Shown in pieces: positions 18,142 to 27,382 of a stretch of DNA of 64,000 nt. A program made the translations under genes and the position numbers. Origin of the DNA: a virus; the UHGV virus genome UHGV-1366828, one strand, 5' to 3'. The notes under the pieces were generated by a model, which was not told the DNA's origin, did no database searches, and saw only the letters and a program-made list of their open reading frames with translations. The stretch's first letter is position 1. Every line of letters starts with the position of its first letter.

Positions 18142-18960
18142 TCACTTCCTCGCCTCCCGTATGTCTTTTGAAATCATACGTAGCACTTTGGTAATACCTT
18201 TGTTAGTTATACAGTATAAACGGGACATAACACAACAAACACTCTCCAGAGGAATTCCATACTCTATAGAAAATCTTTCCGCAAAAGACTCTCCCGGGTT
18301 ATTGATCTCTTTTGCAACCCTTGCAGAATTTATGCTATAACTCCCGTCCTTCACTTCAACAAGACTAGCGTCATGTAGAAGAGCATCTGTAACAAATGCT
18401 GCAACGTACTCTTGGTTTTTGAAATAATTTTTTACTTGTTCCTTCCAAAAGATGTTTTCCGAAACTTCCTCCAAGTCATCAGTTGTCAAAAGATTCAGGA
18501 AGGATTGTTCTTCATCGTCATCACTGTCTTTTATTGTATTGTCAAGGCTCAGCGCAGTACTGGAAGCCTTTCGTTTGTGTCGTTGACTTGCAACAAATAA
18601 GTTTATTACATTCTGCTGAAATGTGATATTTATCGCCTTTTCTGGGCCACGTTCATCTTTATAGATACTCTGCTCGGGATCTTCCCAAGGTTCTTGTTCT
18701 AGTACATACAAGATGGAATCAATCAAACATTCGTAACAATCTTCTTCTGTCAGAATCTTTACAGCTTGTTTATTATAAGTCTTTGTTAAAACGTGCCAGA
18801 AATTCAGTATAATTGCACTTATATAAAAATCTTGAAGTTCTTCTGATCCTTCTTTTTCTAGTTGCTTATAAGATCTACAAAGTTGATTCCTGTCAATAGA
18901 TTTCCAGTTTGGAATGTGTTTTGCGGATTCGACATACGCCTTTCTATATTCATCTAGCAT
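18142..18960 (-). CDS. hypothetical protein (possible sigma/transcription factor-like C-terminal HTH)
   Basis: ORF track; acidic middle, basic C-terminus; weak. Confidence 0.35.
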   Translation of the reverse strand: MLDEYRKAYVESAKHIPNWKSIDRNQLCRSYKQLEKEGSEELQDFYISAIILNFWHVLTKTYNKQAVKILTEEDCYECLIDSILYVLEQEPWEDPEQSIYKDERGPEKAINITFQQNVINLFVASQRHKRKASSTALSLDNTIKDSDDDEEQSFLNLLTTDDLEEVSENIFWKEQVKNYFKNQEYVAAFVTDALLHDASLVEVKDGSYSINSARVAKEINNPGESFAERFSIEYGIPLESVCCVMSRLYCITNKGITKVLRMISKDIREARK

Positions 18961-19016
18961 CCTTTCACCTCATAACAACAATAGCAAATACAATCATGGA
19001 AGATGCATTTGCTATC

Positions 19017-19045
19017 ATTTTAATATATTCAACTTGAAAATTCAA
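19017..19045 (-). promoter_or_regulatory. sigma-70-type promoter TTGAAT-N17-TAAAAT (minus strand)
   Basis: minus-strand TTGAATTTTCAAGTTGAATATATTAAAAT in the 90-nt gap upstream of 18142..18960. Confidence 0.4.
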
Positions 19046-19051
19046 CTGGTC

Positions 19052-20014
19052 TCAAGCACATTCTTTGTCCGCTTCATTTATTCTGTCGAGATAATCTTTG
19101 TATTCAGGAGCCCATTTCTGAACAAATTTTTCATACTCTGATTGATACTTCATCATATGAAGGGATATCAGCTGAGCACGCTGGATACGAAAGGCCTTGC
19201 CAACAGAAGTCTCACAAAGGCTATACATTGCAGACCATGCTTCATGATGAAAGTAATGAGCTTCTTCGGTAGGGTTACCTTTACCATCATGAAAAACTTT
19301 TGTATAAGACTTACCGATATCGTGCCAAAGCATAGTGGAGTAAAGAAGCTCAGTATCGAGATCTTCGTCACAAGGGTGAGTATCAATATAGCTGGCAGCT
19401 TTCACACAGTGATCATATATGTCGTACTTATGATGTGGGTTGTCGTGCTTTATCCCCATGCATCTTTCAGCAACTTGAAGATAATGAACATTGCTACTAG
19501 GAAAAACATCAATGCTGTCCCAGCCTTCACTATAAAGGGGCATCTGAAACTGATTGAACTGTTTCCGTATAACCTCTTCTGGTACACGACGATCGCGTTT
19601 CGTATTCTGATAACAGCAACACTCAAAAGTTGCAGCAATTACAACACATTTTGTAAAAACAGGCTTGCCAAAGGAGCTCTTTACGTCGTTCAAAAATGCA
19701 ACACGTAGCTTTCTTTTAAGGTTTGTTGCATCCAGTACTACGTCTTTTCCTTCCTTCAGAGCTTCAATACACATCTTACGACATTCTGCAAAAACCTTTG
19801 CAGGATCAGCCTGAATGTTCTCATCACCAAAAATGATTCCCCGAACTTTATCAGAGCTAACTGTTACCAATTCCGCATTCCAGTTCTCAAGGTATTCGGT
19901 ATACGTAGACTTCCCTGCCCCTGCAGGCCCAACTAACATAATAAAATTCTGCAACTTACTTCTCCGTTTCTTCTTTATGGGCTTTTCCTTCTTCAAGCCC
20001 GGTATTATACCCAT
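19052..20014 (-). CDS. polynucleotide-kinase-like P-loop kinase fused to a C-terminal HD phosphohydrolase domain
   Basis: GPAGAGKST Walker A; VVLDATNL and NTKRDRRVPEEVIRKQ resemble T4 Pnk (SDTNL, NSKRGTKAVPIDVLRSMY); C-terminal H...HD...HH..H HD pattern. Confidence 0.5.
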   Translation of the reverse strand: MGIIPGLKKEKPIKKKRRSKLQNFIMLVGPAGAGKSTYTEYLENWNAELVTVSSDKVRGIIFGDENIQADPAKVFAECRKMCIEALKEGKDVVLDATNLKRKLRVAFLNDVKSSFGKPVFTKCVVIAATFECCCYQNTKRDRRVPEEVIRKQFNQFQMPLYSEGWDSIDVFPSSNVHYLQVAERCMGIKHDNPHHKYDIYDHCVKAASYIDTHPCDEDLDTELLYSTMLWHDIGKSYTKVFHDGKGNPTEEAHYFHHEAWSAMYSLCETSVGKAFRIQRAQLISLHMMKYQSEYEKFVQKWAPEYKDYLDRINEADKECA

Positions 20015-20171
20015 GCTGATATACGTCCATCAGTCGATCTGTCTCTGCTTTTACACTAAACAAAGAGGAAATGATATACCCTAAAAGGTAGCCTACAAAG
20101 AGGAGAGATGCGTACAACCACATAATGAAAATTTTCTCCCTTTCTAAATTTTGAAGTTCGGGGGATCGCAA
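19956..20171 (-). CDS. small membrane protein
   Basis: ORF track; hydrophobic core. Confidence 0.3.
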   Translation of the reverse strand: MRSPELQNLEREKIFIMWLYASLLFVGYLLGYIISSLFSVKAETDRLMDVYQHGYNTGLEEGKAHKEETEK

Positions 20172-20229
20172 TTATTTGCCATGAGAACTACTATAGCAAG
20201 TATAACAAGAACAGCAACTATTTTTCCCA

Positions 20230-20487
20230 TCAGTCCCACCCCATAAGTTGAAAGATTTCGTCAAGCGTAAAACCTTGTTTATTTTCTTCAGGCACAGCCT
20301 TCCGTTTTTCTTCTTCTGCTATCATGTCATCTATTCTCTGCTGTTCCCACAGATGCTTAGTGCGCATTGTTTCCGAGTATCCGTTGTGCTCATCTGTTAT
20401 CATGTATTCATGCCCTTTATACTCGTAAAAAAGATGCACAGCATATCCGTTATCATCCAAGGTCTTTCCAAGGTACTTAGCATTCAT
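20230..20487 (-). CDS. hypothetical protein
   Basis: ORF track. Confidence 0.4.
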   Translation of the reverse strand: MNAKYLGKTLDDNGYAVHLFYEYKGHEYMITDEHNGYSETMRTKHLWEQQRIDDMIAEEEKRKAVPEENKQGFTLDEIFQLMGWD

Positions 20488-20508
20488 GCTTAAATTCCTC
20501 CAGATTAC

Positions 20509-20787
20509 TTAATGATTAAACAGGGTATTATGTAAATTCATAGCAGCGTTGGCCATTTGGTTAATGTAGGCATCATGCTTCTTCTGGGCAACCAGCTCGT
20601 CTTGAACAACTCGTTTCACGGACTGATATCTATCTCCCTTTTTGGAAAACAGCTCAATGTCGTAAAAACCTTGAGTGTAGAGCCTGTTAGCAATCTTGCG
20701 GGCAAGCGCTTCCTCAACAAAGTATTCAATCTGAGCAGTGGAGTTGTGATTCAGACGATAGGTCAACAGAAACTTTCTCGTATCCAT
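20509..20787 (-). CDS. hypothetical protein
   Basis: ORF track. Confidence 0.4.
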   Translation of the reverse strand: MDTRKFLLTYRLNHNSTAQIEYFVEEALARKIANRLYTQGFYDIELFSKKGDRYQSVKRVVQDELVAQKKHDAYINQMANAAMNLHNTLFNH

Positions 20788-20878
20788 GTTGTACCTCTCC
20801 AGGCATACTGCCTACGTCGAATGTTTTATTACTTACATATACATTATAGTATATGTGTAAACAAAATTCAACTGAATT

Positions 20879-20913
20879 GTAAAAAACAGTAAGCTACAAT
20901 ATTCTCTTACTGT
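20879..20913 (-). terminator. rho-independent terminator (minus strand)
   Basis: 8-bp stem ACAGTAAG/CTTACTGT with 12-nt loop, followed on the minus strand by TTTTTT; directly downstream of gene 20931..21257. Confidence 0.5.
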
Positions 20914-20930
20914 AACTTACTGTAAATGAA

Positions 20931-21257
20931 CTATTCTTCAAAAACTTTTAGGCCATATGCTTGTGCAAGTTCATACTGAAATCTGCATTCTTTTGAATCT
21001 TGCCACCCCTTGCAAAAACACACAATGTTACAACGAGCCATCTGCTCCAAAGACTTTGCTAAATCACATAGGGTGAAATTCATTATGCCTCGTTCTTCCA
21101 TTTTTTCAATGGTATACAATTCGTCAATAGGAGCAGTGTTTAAAACTACACAGTTAGCTCGTTCAACAATCGCAATCATACGATTTCTATCTTCAAGTAT
21201 CTCCTCTTTGGTACGCCCTGTAGTAGGCTGACAAATCATAACCCTTCGACCAAACAT
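20931..21257 (-). CDS. DUF4406-like protein (nucleoside 2-deoxyribosyltransferase-like fold), paralog of 29992..30309
   Basis: ICQPTTGRTKEE...CNIVCFCKGWQDSKECRFQYELAQAYGLKV matches the DUF4406 pattern (GPMTG...DAV.LLPGWE.S.GAR.E...A...G.PV); AGGAGGGTGAAATTATG. Confidence 0.5.
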   Translation of the reverse strand: MFGRRVMICQPTTGRTKEEILEDRNRMIAIVERANCVVLNTAPIDELYTIEKMEERGIMNFTLCDLAKSLEQMARCNIVCFCKGWQDSKECRFQYELAQAYGLKVFEE

Positions 21258-21449
21258 AATTTCACCCTCCTATATACAAACGTATTTATTTTGGTTTATA
21301 ACAGTCATGAGTTTCCGTGGGAAGAACCCAACAAGACATGCTGACGCATCTAAATAACACTTTATCAGAGATTGGGAAGCAAGCTGTTTGTTTAGTGTCA
21401 CAGTATTTACAATTCTCGCAACATTTCTCGTTAATGGTTACACTACCTC

Positions 21450-21695
21450 CTAGCCCTCTTCATAGGTTTTTATTAACAACTCAAGGTCTCTTTTACCTCT
21501 ACTCCGGAGTTGTTTATCATCAGAAAGAAATTTTGAAATATGCTTTAACTCATATAACGGTACCGATTTTACAGTTTCAGCAGCGTTTATGCGCTGAATA
21601 ATCTGATATATTTTCAAAGATTCGTCTGAAATCATTCCGTGAAATTCCGAGTATAATTCCTTAACGAATTCATCTGCATCAATTAACCGGGCCAT
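21450..21695 (-). CDS. hypothetical protein
   Basis: ORF track. Confidence 0.4.
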   Translation of the reverse strand: MARLIDADEFVKELYSEFHGMISDESLKIYQIIQRINAAETVKSVPLYELKHISKFLSDDKQLRSRGKRDLELLIKTYEEG

Positions 21696-21910
21696 TCACT
21701 ACAACCTCCATTATACTTCCAAACACATCGTTTACAAAAAGAGTTATCATGGCAGGTTTTCTTTTCAAAAGAAAGATCCTTCTTTAATTCTTCCGAAACT
21801 TTATACATATCTAGTTCACAGAAAGTACCTTGCCAGTGGCAACAGCGAGTATTTGGAGCAGTACATATGCTCCCAGTAAAGTCACACAGAACGGGCATCT
21901 TCATCATCAC
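21683..21910 (-). CDS. Cys-rich small protein
   Basis: ORF track; multiple CxxC. Confidence 0.35.
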   Translation of the reverse strand: MMMKMPVLCDFTGSICTAPNTRCCHWQGTFCELDMYKVSEELKKDLSFEKKTCHDNSFCKRCVWKYNGGCSEWPG

Positions 21911-22262
21911 AAGTCATCAATGCACCGCAGTATGGACAGATGTCAGAACAATATTCCTGAATAAGTGAACCAGAATTTTTCCACAGTGCTGTGTGACCAC
22001 ATTCGGAACAAAAATGACTCCCATCATCTGCGAGAACCCATATTCCAGGATAGAGGATAGAATAACTTCTGTCATAAGTATCTTCAATGATAAAGTTATT
22101 CTTCAGCCATTTTTTAACAAAGGGAAGTGAGTAGGATCCGTATCCTGTATTAAACTTTCCAGTGTTTTTGTCAAAATATACAATTTCATAATAATTACTC
22201 CCCGAAATATCTCTAACAGTGGCTCTTGCAAACGGGGTTTTAAACTTCTCGTGCTGTTCCAT
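21882..22262 (-). CDS. hypothetical protein with C-terminal zinc ribbon
   Basis: CSECGH...CPYCG. Confidence 0.4.
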   Translation of the reverse strand: MEQHEKFKTPFARATVRDISGSNYYEIVYFDKNTGKFNTGYGSYSLPFVKKWLKNNFIIEDTYDRSYSILYPGIWVLADDGSHFCSECGHTALWKNSGSLIQEYCSDICPYCGALMTCDDEDARSV

Positions 22263-22276
22263 GTAACTTAGCCTCC

Positions 22277-22597
22277 TTAATTAATCTCTACCCACCCATT
22301 ATAGTTAATTATTGTACGCATGTTGTCACGACCAACGTGGTTCATCGTATGGAGATGGAATGTATAGCCTGTGTCGGGCAGCTGCTGTCGTTCAAGCCAC
22401 TTTAGAACCTCAATGTAATCTCCGCCGTCAAAAGCATAATCACCCGCATCATGGTCAAGGTCGATATGAATAGCATCTTTCGAACGCTGACGCTCATAGA
22501 GCACAATTGCTGTTTTAGCTTCACTTACACTTCGCGCCCATAACCAGTCATTACCATCCTTGGGAGGCTCTCGAAGGTCGTCTACCCAGAGATACAT
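22277..22597 (-). CDS. hypothetical protein
   Basis: ORF track. Confidence 0.4.
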   Translation of the reverse strand: MYLWVDDLREPPKDGNDWLWARSVSEAKTAIVLYERQRSKDAIHIDLDHDAGDYAFDGGDYIEVLKWLERQQLPDTGYTFHLHTMNHVGRDNMRTIINYNGWVEIN

Positions 22598-22614
22598 TCT
22601 TTGCTCCTCACTTT

Positions 22615-22839
22615 CTATTCGTTCATCAAATGTTTAACTTGAGCGGAAAGATAATATCGGGACTGGCGCATTGACGGGCAATAGTACGACACAATAAGTC
22701 CCTTACGCTCAAGCCATCGAAGAGTATTCTTTACTTCGATGTGAGTTGCATAACCTAGCCGTGCAAAGACTTCGGTAAACGTTGGGTCGGCGCCCGCGCA
22801 ATCAATGATACGAAGAATATCACTAGTAATTGAACTCAT
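22615..22839 (-). CDS. winged-helix DNA-binding protein
   Basis: 74 aa; NTLRWLERKGLIV winged-helix signature. Confidence 0.4.
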   Translation of the reverse strand: MSSITSDILRIIDCAGADPTFTEVFARLGYATHIEVKNTLRWLERKGLIVSYYCPSMRQSRYYLSAQVKHLMNE

Positions 22840-23309
22840 TATTTCTCCTCCAATTCGCTAATAATACGCTCACGCAACTGCTGTGCTTCTTTCGTTGCCT
22901 CTTGTTCTGCACGGACACACTGCTGACGAATGCTCTCAATAAATCTATTTGTCTCGTGTACCTTCTGAAGTGTCGCTTCACGCTTTTTCTTATTGCGTCG
23001 CCACAAACGATACTTCATCTGGTCGCCATAAGTTTGGAATTTAATGAGGAACCTTTCATTGTGATTCCTATAAACAAAGTAGATATTACAACCGTTATAT
23101 TCTTGCCAACTTGAAGAAGAAACATTATAGAAAGCGAGAAATTGCTTAAAGGTAAGAGTAATACCATCTGAGTGTGGGTCGATTTTTCGGAAAAATCTAA
23201 AAAAATCTCTGAAGATTTCTTCATTCTCATCATCCTTATTCAATGCTGAAAAAACAATCCAAATCAAGAAACCGACTAACACTGCTACAATAATACAAAG
23301 CACAACCAT
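22839..23309 (-). CDS. membrane-anchored coiled-coil protein
   Basis: N-terminal TM helix (VVLCIIVAVLVGFLIWIVF), charged coiled-coil C-terminus. Confidence 0.4.
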   Translation of the reverse strand: MVVLCIIVAVLVGFLIWIVFSALNKDDENEEIFRDFFRFFRKIDPHSDGITLTFKQFLAFYNVSSSSWQEYNGCNIYFVYRNHNERFLIKFQTYGDQMKYRLWRRNKKKREATLQKVHETNRFIESIRQQCVRAEQEATKEAQQLRERIISELEEK

Positions 23310-23366
23310 TATTTCTCCCTCACTTTCTATATATATTATATACTAAATTTAGGAATAAATCAAAAT

Positions 23367-23585
23367 TTAGATTACAACTTTAGCATTAGGCAGAGGCTCA
23401 ACTTGTTCATTTGATGGGAAGCAAGCCAGCAAACCAGTTTCCAGTATAACGGCATTATAATCTCCGCCCTCAGTAAAAGGAATTTTGATAAAGATAGCAT
23501 TATTCCTAACCTTAGATCGGAAACAGTCTCCCCATTTTAAATCTCTAAAAGGAATGGTAGTTTCTAACTTAGAACTAATTTTCAT
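23367..23585 (-). CDS. small protein, member 3 of a tandem paralog triplet
   Basis: shared motif FRDLKWGDCFR with 23589..23825 and 23832..24077. Confidence 0.4.
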   Translation of the reverse strand: MKISSKLETTIPFRDLKWGDCFRSKVRNNAIFIKIPFTEGGDYNAVILETGLLACFPSNEQVEPLPNAKVVI

Positions 23586-23588
23586 AGC

Positions 23589-23825
23589 TTAATTATTTAC
23601 TACCACTACGCTGGGTAGTAGCTCTACTTCTTCCATCTCTCCGAACCGTTCAAACTCGCCATCAGACAAATAAACCGCATTCAACATCGAACCATCAGAC
23701 CGAAATACATCCGCAGTCTTCATCATAATTGCCTCAGCCTGCGCGTCAATCTCGCGGAACAAATCACCAGCCTTTAAGTCTCGAAACCGAACAATAGTTT
23801 TCTTATTACATTCAATTTTCATCAT
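23589..23825 (-). CDS. small protein, member 2 of tandem paralog triplet
   Basis: FRDLKAGDLFR motif. Confidence 0.4.
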   Translation of the reverse strand: MMKIECNKKTIVRFRDLKAGDLFREIDAQAEAIMMKTADVFRSDGSMLNAVYLSDGEFERFGEMEEVELLPSVVVVNN

Positions 23826-23831
23826 CTTACC

Positions 23832-24077
23832 TCAAAAACTAACAACCGCATCAGGGCAAAAAGTTACGCCTTCATAAACATCAATATTTCCAAAATTTCC
23901 ATTTGCCAAATTCACAGCATTACAAGCAACTTGAGGAGCATCAGGGTTAGCACGATTAGCCGTAGGCGCATAAAAAGTATCTACTTTCATATAAATATCA
24001 GTTCCTTTTCGGAAACAATCGCCTTTTTTGAGAGCACAAAAACTACACCGATTTTTATTTGCTTCTTGAACTTTCAT
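23832..24077 (-). CDS. small protein, member 1 of tandem paralog triplet
   Basis: CALKKGDCFR motif. Confidence 0.4.
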   Translation of the reverse strand: MKVQEANKNRCSFCALKKGDCFRKGTDIYMKVDTFYAPTANRANPDAPQVACNAVNLANGNFGNIDVYEGVTFCPDAVVSF

Positions 24078-24853
24078 TCTTCACTTATTCTCCTTGCCAT
24101 AATAAGTTTCAATCCATACCCATCAAGCTCGCTCACAACAACACCTTCTGGCGAGGACGAATGAATAAACTTCCCATCACCAATATATATTCCTGTGTGG
24201 AAGATGTTCCATTTACTACGTCCGAAACATAAAATATCGCCAGGCGCATAGTCTTCTACTTCTTTACCTTCAAAAGCCTGAATTTGGGTGGTGCGTCCAA
24301 TGGAGTAGCCTGCATCTTCGTAAGCTTTCTGGACAAAACCACTACAATCCATACCTTTATCAGTGGTTCCACCCCATTTATAGGGGACACCAAGATAGGC
24401 TTCTGCACTTTCTACAATAGAGGTATCACCCGAAGGCGTAAAAGTAGAAGTAGGAGTAGGAGTTAGTGTAGTAGTAGTCGGCTCGCTAGGCGCGGGCTCC
24501 ATTGGCTTATTGAATGGAGTAGCTACCGGAGCAATAGGCACAGGTGTTGCATCAATAGTGATTGTATAGTCTTGCTTATGGTCGACAGACACATACTCGC
24601 TCAACACATATCCGGTCTTTCCATTCCAACCAACTTCATACCACTGATGGTACTGCCCATACACACAAATCTCTGTCCCTGCACTAAGCGTTGTATAACC
24701 ACTAGCATTGTAACTAGGCCCGCTATACAAAGTTGCTTCGTTAATTACATATCCATTAGGCTCACTGGAGGCTAGTGCTATAGTAATTGTAGATGAAAAA
24801 AGAACTACAATCAGTAGCCCAATTATAAGCCATTTATATTTCTTTCTATCCAT
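24074..24853 (-). CDS. endolysin: N-terminal signal-anchor, SH3b-like domain, C-terminal NlpC/P60 peptidase
   Basis: MDRKKYKWLIIGLLIVVLF TM; YHQWYEVGWNGKTGYV SH3b; DCSGFVQKAY...HTGIYIGDGKFIHSS (Cys-His NlpC/P60). Confidence 0.65.
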   Translation of the reverse strand: MDRKKYKWLIIGLLIVVLFSSTITIALASSEPNGYVINEATLYSGPSYNASGYTTLSAGTEICVYGQYHQWYEVGWNGKTGYVLSEYVSVDHKQDYTITIDATPVPIAPVATPFNKPMEPAPSEPTTTTLTPTPTSTFTPSGDTSIVESAEAYLGVPYKWGGTTDKGMDCSGFVQKAYEDAGYSIGRTTQIQAFEGKEVEDYAPGDILCFGRSKWNIFHTGIYIGDGKFIHSSSPEGVVVSELDGYGLKLIMARRISEE

Positions 24854-24885
24854 ATTTCCTTTCCATGATACCTGCGCCGTTCAAG

Positions 24886-25113
24886 TCAATTACTAATTGG
24901 CGCCCAGTGCCCTTTACTACATTCACAAGAAGGACAATGGCACTGGCATTCTCCTTCCACCAACTCATATCCTTTTGCGTACATCTGGGTGCTTTTTATT
25001 TTTACATACATAAAGGGAATAAGTATAATTATAACGCCCGTACAAAGAAAAGCTATGAGTTTACAGACAAAACGTCTGTCTTCTCTGTCCATAGACCCTC
25101 TTCTCGTCTTCAA
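24886..25113 (-). CDS. putative holin (small TM protein upstream of the endolysin)
   Basis: 75 aa, TM helix LIAFLCTGVIIILIPFMYV, position. Confidence 0.4.
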   Translation of the reverse strand: MKTRRGSMDREDRRFVCKLIAFLCTGVIIILIPFMYVKIKSTQMYAKGYELVEGECQCHCPSCECSKGHWAPISN

Positions 25114-25310
25114 ACAAGAACGAATTTCTTCTTAAGGCAACGCTTGCACTGGTAACGATGACCGATAAGAACGTCGCCGTCCGGCTGATAATCATAAACC
25201 GGTTCAACTTCAACAAAGTCGTGCCCGCCACCCGAGATAGGACAGAGGAGATTTTCGAGTTCCTCAACACGATACTTCAGACCAAGATACTCTTCTTTCT
25301 TAACAAACAT
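25110..25310 (-). CDS. small zinc-ribbon protein
   Basis: ORF track; CxxC...CKRC. Confidence 0.35.
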   Translation of the reverse strand: MFVKKEEYLGLKYRVEELENLLCPISGGGHDFVEVEPVYDYQPDGDVLIGHRYQCKRCLKKKFVLV

Positions 25311-25342
25311 TGTATATTCTCCTTTATCTAAATCAGATGTGT

Positions 25343-25513
25343 TTAAATGTTACGCTCAATTTCCGCAGAATGAAAGACCTGTCCGTCAACATCTTCAGCT
25401 GTAAGGTAGGCCTTATCCAGAGCATCGTAAGAGCCCCAATACCACCAGCCGTCATCGCAATAACGAGCAACAACGTAGTTTTTATACTCAGTGGGAAGAT
25501 TATTGATTTTCAT
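25343..25513 (-). CDS. small hypothetical protein (56 aa, below ORF-track cutoff)
   Basis: GGAGGAGACTAACA-ATG SD; MKINNLPTEYKNYVVARYCDDGWWYWGSY...; fills a gap. Confidence 0.35.
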   Translation of the reverse strand: MKINNLPTEYKNYVVARYCDDGWWYWGSYDALDKAYLTAEDVDGQVFHSAEIERNI

Positions 25514-25515
25514 TG

Positions 25516-25686
25516 TTAGTCTCCTCCTTCAATGATGTCAATTGTAAAACTGAGCAACTTTCGAGTGGCTATTTCGTGTTCGAGCTTGAAAAGAAAATCT
25601 GTAACGGAAATGTTATCGGGAATGGGAGTGGAGCTAATCTTAACTGACCCGTCAGTGTAGGTCTTGGTTACCAGAAGAACGTTCAT
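25516..25686 (-). CDS. small hypothetical protein (56 aa, below ORF-track cutoff)
   Basis: ATGA start/stop overlap with the upstream gene; MNVLLVTKTYTDGSVKISS... Confidence 0.3.
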   Translation of the reverse strand: MNVLLVTKTYTDGSVKISSTPIPDNISVTDFLFKLEHEIATRKLLSFTIDIIEGGD

Positions 25687-25880
25687 ACAAACAAGCCCTC
25701 CTCTTCGTCGGCAAGACGATACCCAGAATAAACGTCAATCATCTCACGGGTGCGAGCGATGACACAAGAATCAATGATGTCGCCGTGACCATTTTTCGTC
25801 ATACGACCTTCTGCTGTGTCGCAGGAGATGATCAGGGACGCCGAAGGGTTTTCAACTTTCAGAAGACGAAGAAATTTCAT
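25683..25880 (-). CDS. hypothetical protein
   Basis: ORF track. Confidence 0.4.
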   Translation of the reverse strand: MKFLRLLKVENPSASLIISCDTAEGRMTKNGHGDIIDSCVIARTREMIDVYSGYRLADEEEGLFV

Positions 25881-25971
25881 ATCAGGTAACCTTCCTTTCT
25901 TTTCTACACTTCAATTATATTATAGAAACTTAATATAATCAACTAGTATACATAGTAAAAGGACGATGTAA

Positions 25972-26580
25972 TTATCGTCCTAGAAAAATAAGTGTATACT
26001 TATCCCAGTCAATTGATTTATACAATCGGATTAAGTCAAATATATTGTGCTCATACTGCCATGACTTACTTAACCGCTCATGTGATTCATCTAGGTCTAT
26101 TACTCCTAGACCTTTCCACCAGGTGATTTTGTCCTGGACAAATTCAGCAAGTTTATCAACACTCTTTATATCGTCGGCCTTGACAGTGCATCCGAATGGA
26201 AGAGTATATTCTGCACCGTCCTTAAGCAAGTCCTCATAAGAATCTATAATTTTTCTTTTGTATATTTCAATTGCTTTAAGCAACCCTTCTTTACCGACAA
26301 CGTAAGGAGAATAATCACACATACTCTTCCACACCTCAGCATCTTGAAACATTGGATAACCCGTGCTGTTTATCTGAGATATTGTGTCATCCCAATACAG
26401 TTTTCCAAATTCAAAAACTTCTTTCAGGTTTAGAAACTTTGGATCGAATATCCATACGTAATCATCTTCAACTTCAGCCCCTCTGTCAGAAGCAAAAGAT
26501 AGCAGGCTGCTCTGACTCATCCCCTTAACCGTTTCAACAAGAGATTTATCCACCAAATAGAAATAATTTCTGTATCCCAT
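25972..26580 (-). CDS. hypothetical protein
   Basis: ORF track; 202 aa. Confidence 0.45.
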   Translation of the reverse strand: MGYRNYFYLVDKSLVETVKGMSQSSLLSFASDRGAEVEDDYVWIFDPKFLNLKEVFEFGKLYWDDTISQINSTGYPMFQDAEVWKSMCDYSPYVVGKEGLLKAIEIYKRKIIDSYEDLLKDGAEYTLPFGCTVKADDIKSVDKLAEFVQDKITWWKGLGVIDLDESHERLSKSWQYEHNIFDLIRLYKSIDWDKYTLIFLGR

Positions 26581-26583
26581 TTA

Positions 26584-26790
26584 TTACTGTTCCTCCATTA
26601 TCAGGTATATCCTATCGTCATCATCCAATCTGCAACGTACGCCGAGACGAGAAGTGCGTACAAATACATCCTCATGATGAATACATTCTGAGCAATTAAA
26701 GTGATTTGCTTTACAGATCTTTCTAAGTTTTCTTTTCTTTCGCCACTCATGAAATAGTTTCATTCCGCACCGTCCATTCGTGCGCCGCAA
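26584..26790 (-). CDS. small zinc-finger protein
   Basis: CxxC...CxxC. Confidence 0.35.
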   Translation of the reverse strand: MRRTNGRCGMKLFHEWRKKRKLRKICKANHFNCSECIHHEDVFVRTSRLGVRCRLDDDDRIYLIMEEQ

Positions 26791-27035
26791 TGAGGGCAGA
26801 ACGCGCTCTCTCCCATAAACGTGTTAGGGTTCTGGCAGATGGAACAACTATATGGCTGATAGAAATCATGCAAAACTCCCTTCCAATCTTCCTTCTTTAC
26901 AACAAGCGACACCCATTTCCCGTGCTGTACAGGTGCAAACTCTTCGAGGTACTCGCACGGGCCGCCAACGTTGCAAGGGTGGTCGGACAGTGTGCATATA
27001 CCGCCGTGCTCTTCGTATATACAAAATTTAGCCAT
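26760..27035 (-). CDS. zinc-ribbon protein, CPxCGA(R/H)M paralog family
   Basis: APVQHGKW...CSICQ...CPHCGARMDG. Confidence 0.4.
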   Translation of the reverse strand: MAKFCIYEEHGGICTLSDHPCNVGGPCEYLEEFAPVQHGKWVSLVVKKEDWKGVLHDFYQPYSCSICQNPNTFMGESAFCPHCGARMDGAE

Positions 27036-27375
27036 CAGATTTGTCCTCTTTCTTCATGTGAGCACCACAGTTGGGGCAGTAGTCTGACAAAATGTACTCA
27101 TCATTACAGTCGAATATAGCTTCATTTCTACAGTTTGTACACATGTATCCCCAGATTGGATCGCTCCCTGCAATCTTAGGATCCCACCCGGTTACCTCGC
27201 TTGCATGAACGGGCCTCCAACATCCATGCCGTACTGGCACAACGTCGGCAGCTGGAAAGTTTGAAATCGTCTCACGAGCATCCTGCAGAGAAATCAACGT
27301 TCCGTTTACGTTCATCATATCATCAATGTTGAACTTACTAAGCACCCCGTCGCGCTTTATGTATTCATCCATTAT
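27028..27375 (-). CDS. zinc-ribbon protein, CPxCGA(R/H)M paralog family (start moved to MDEYIKRDG with AAAGGTGAGGTG SD)
   Basis: VPVRHGCW...CTNC...CPNCGAHM. Confidence 0.4.
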   Translation of the reverse strand: MMDEYIKRDGVLSKFNIDDMMNVNGTLISLQDARETISNFPAADVVPVRHGCWRPVHASEVTGWDPKIAGSDPIWGYMCTNCRNEAIFDCNDEYILSDYCPNCGAHMKKEDKSDG

Positions 27376-27382
27376 CCACACC

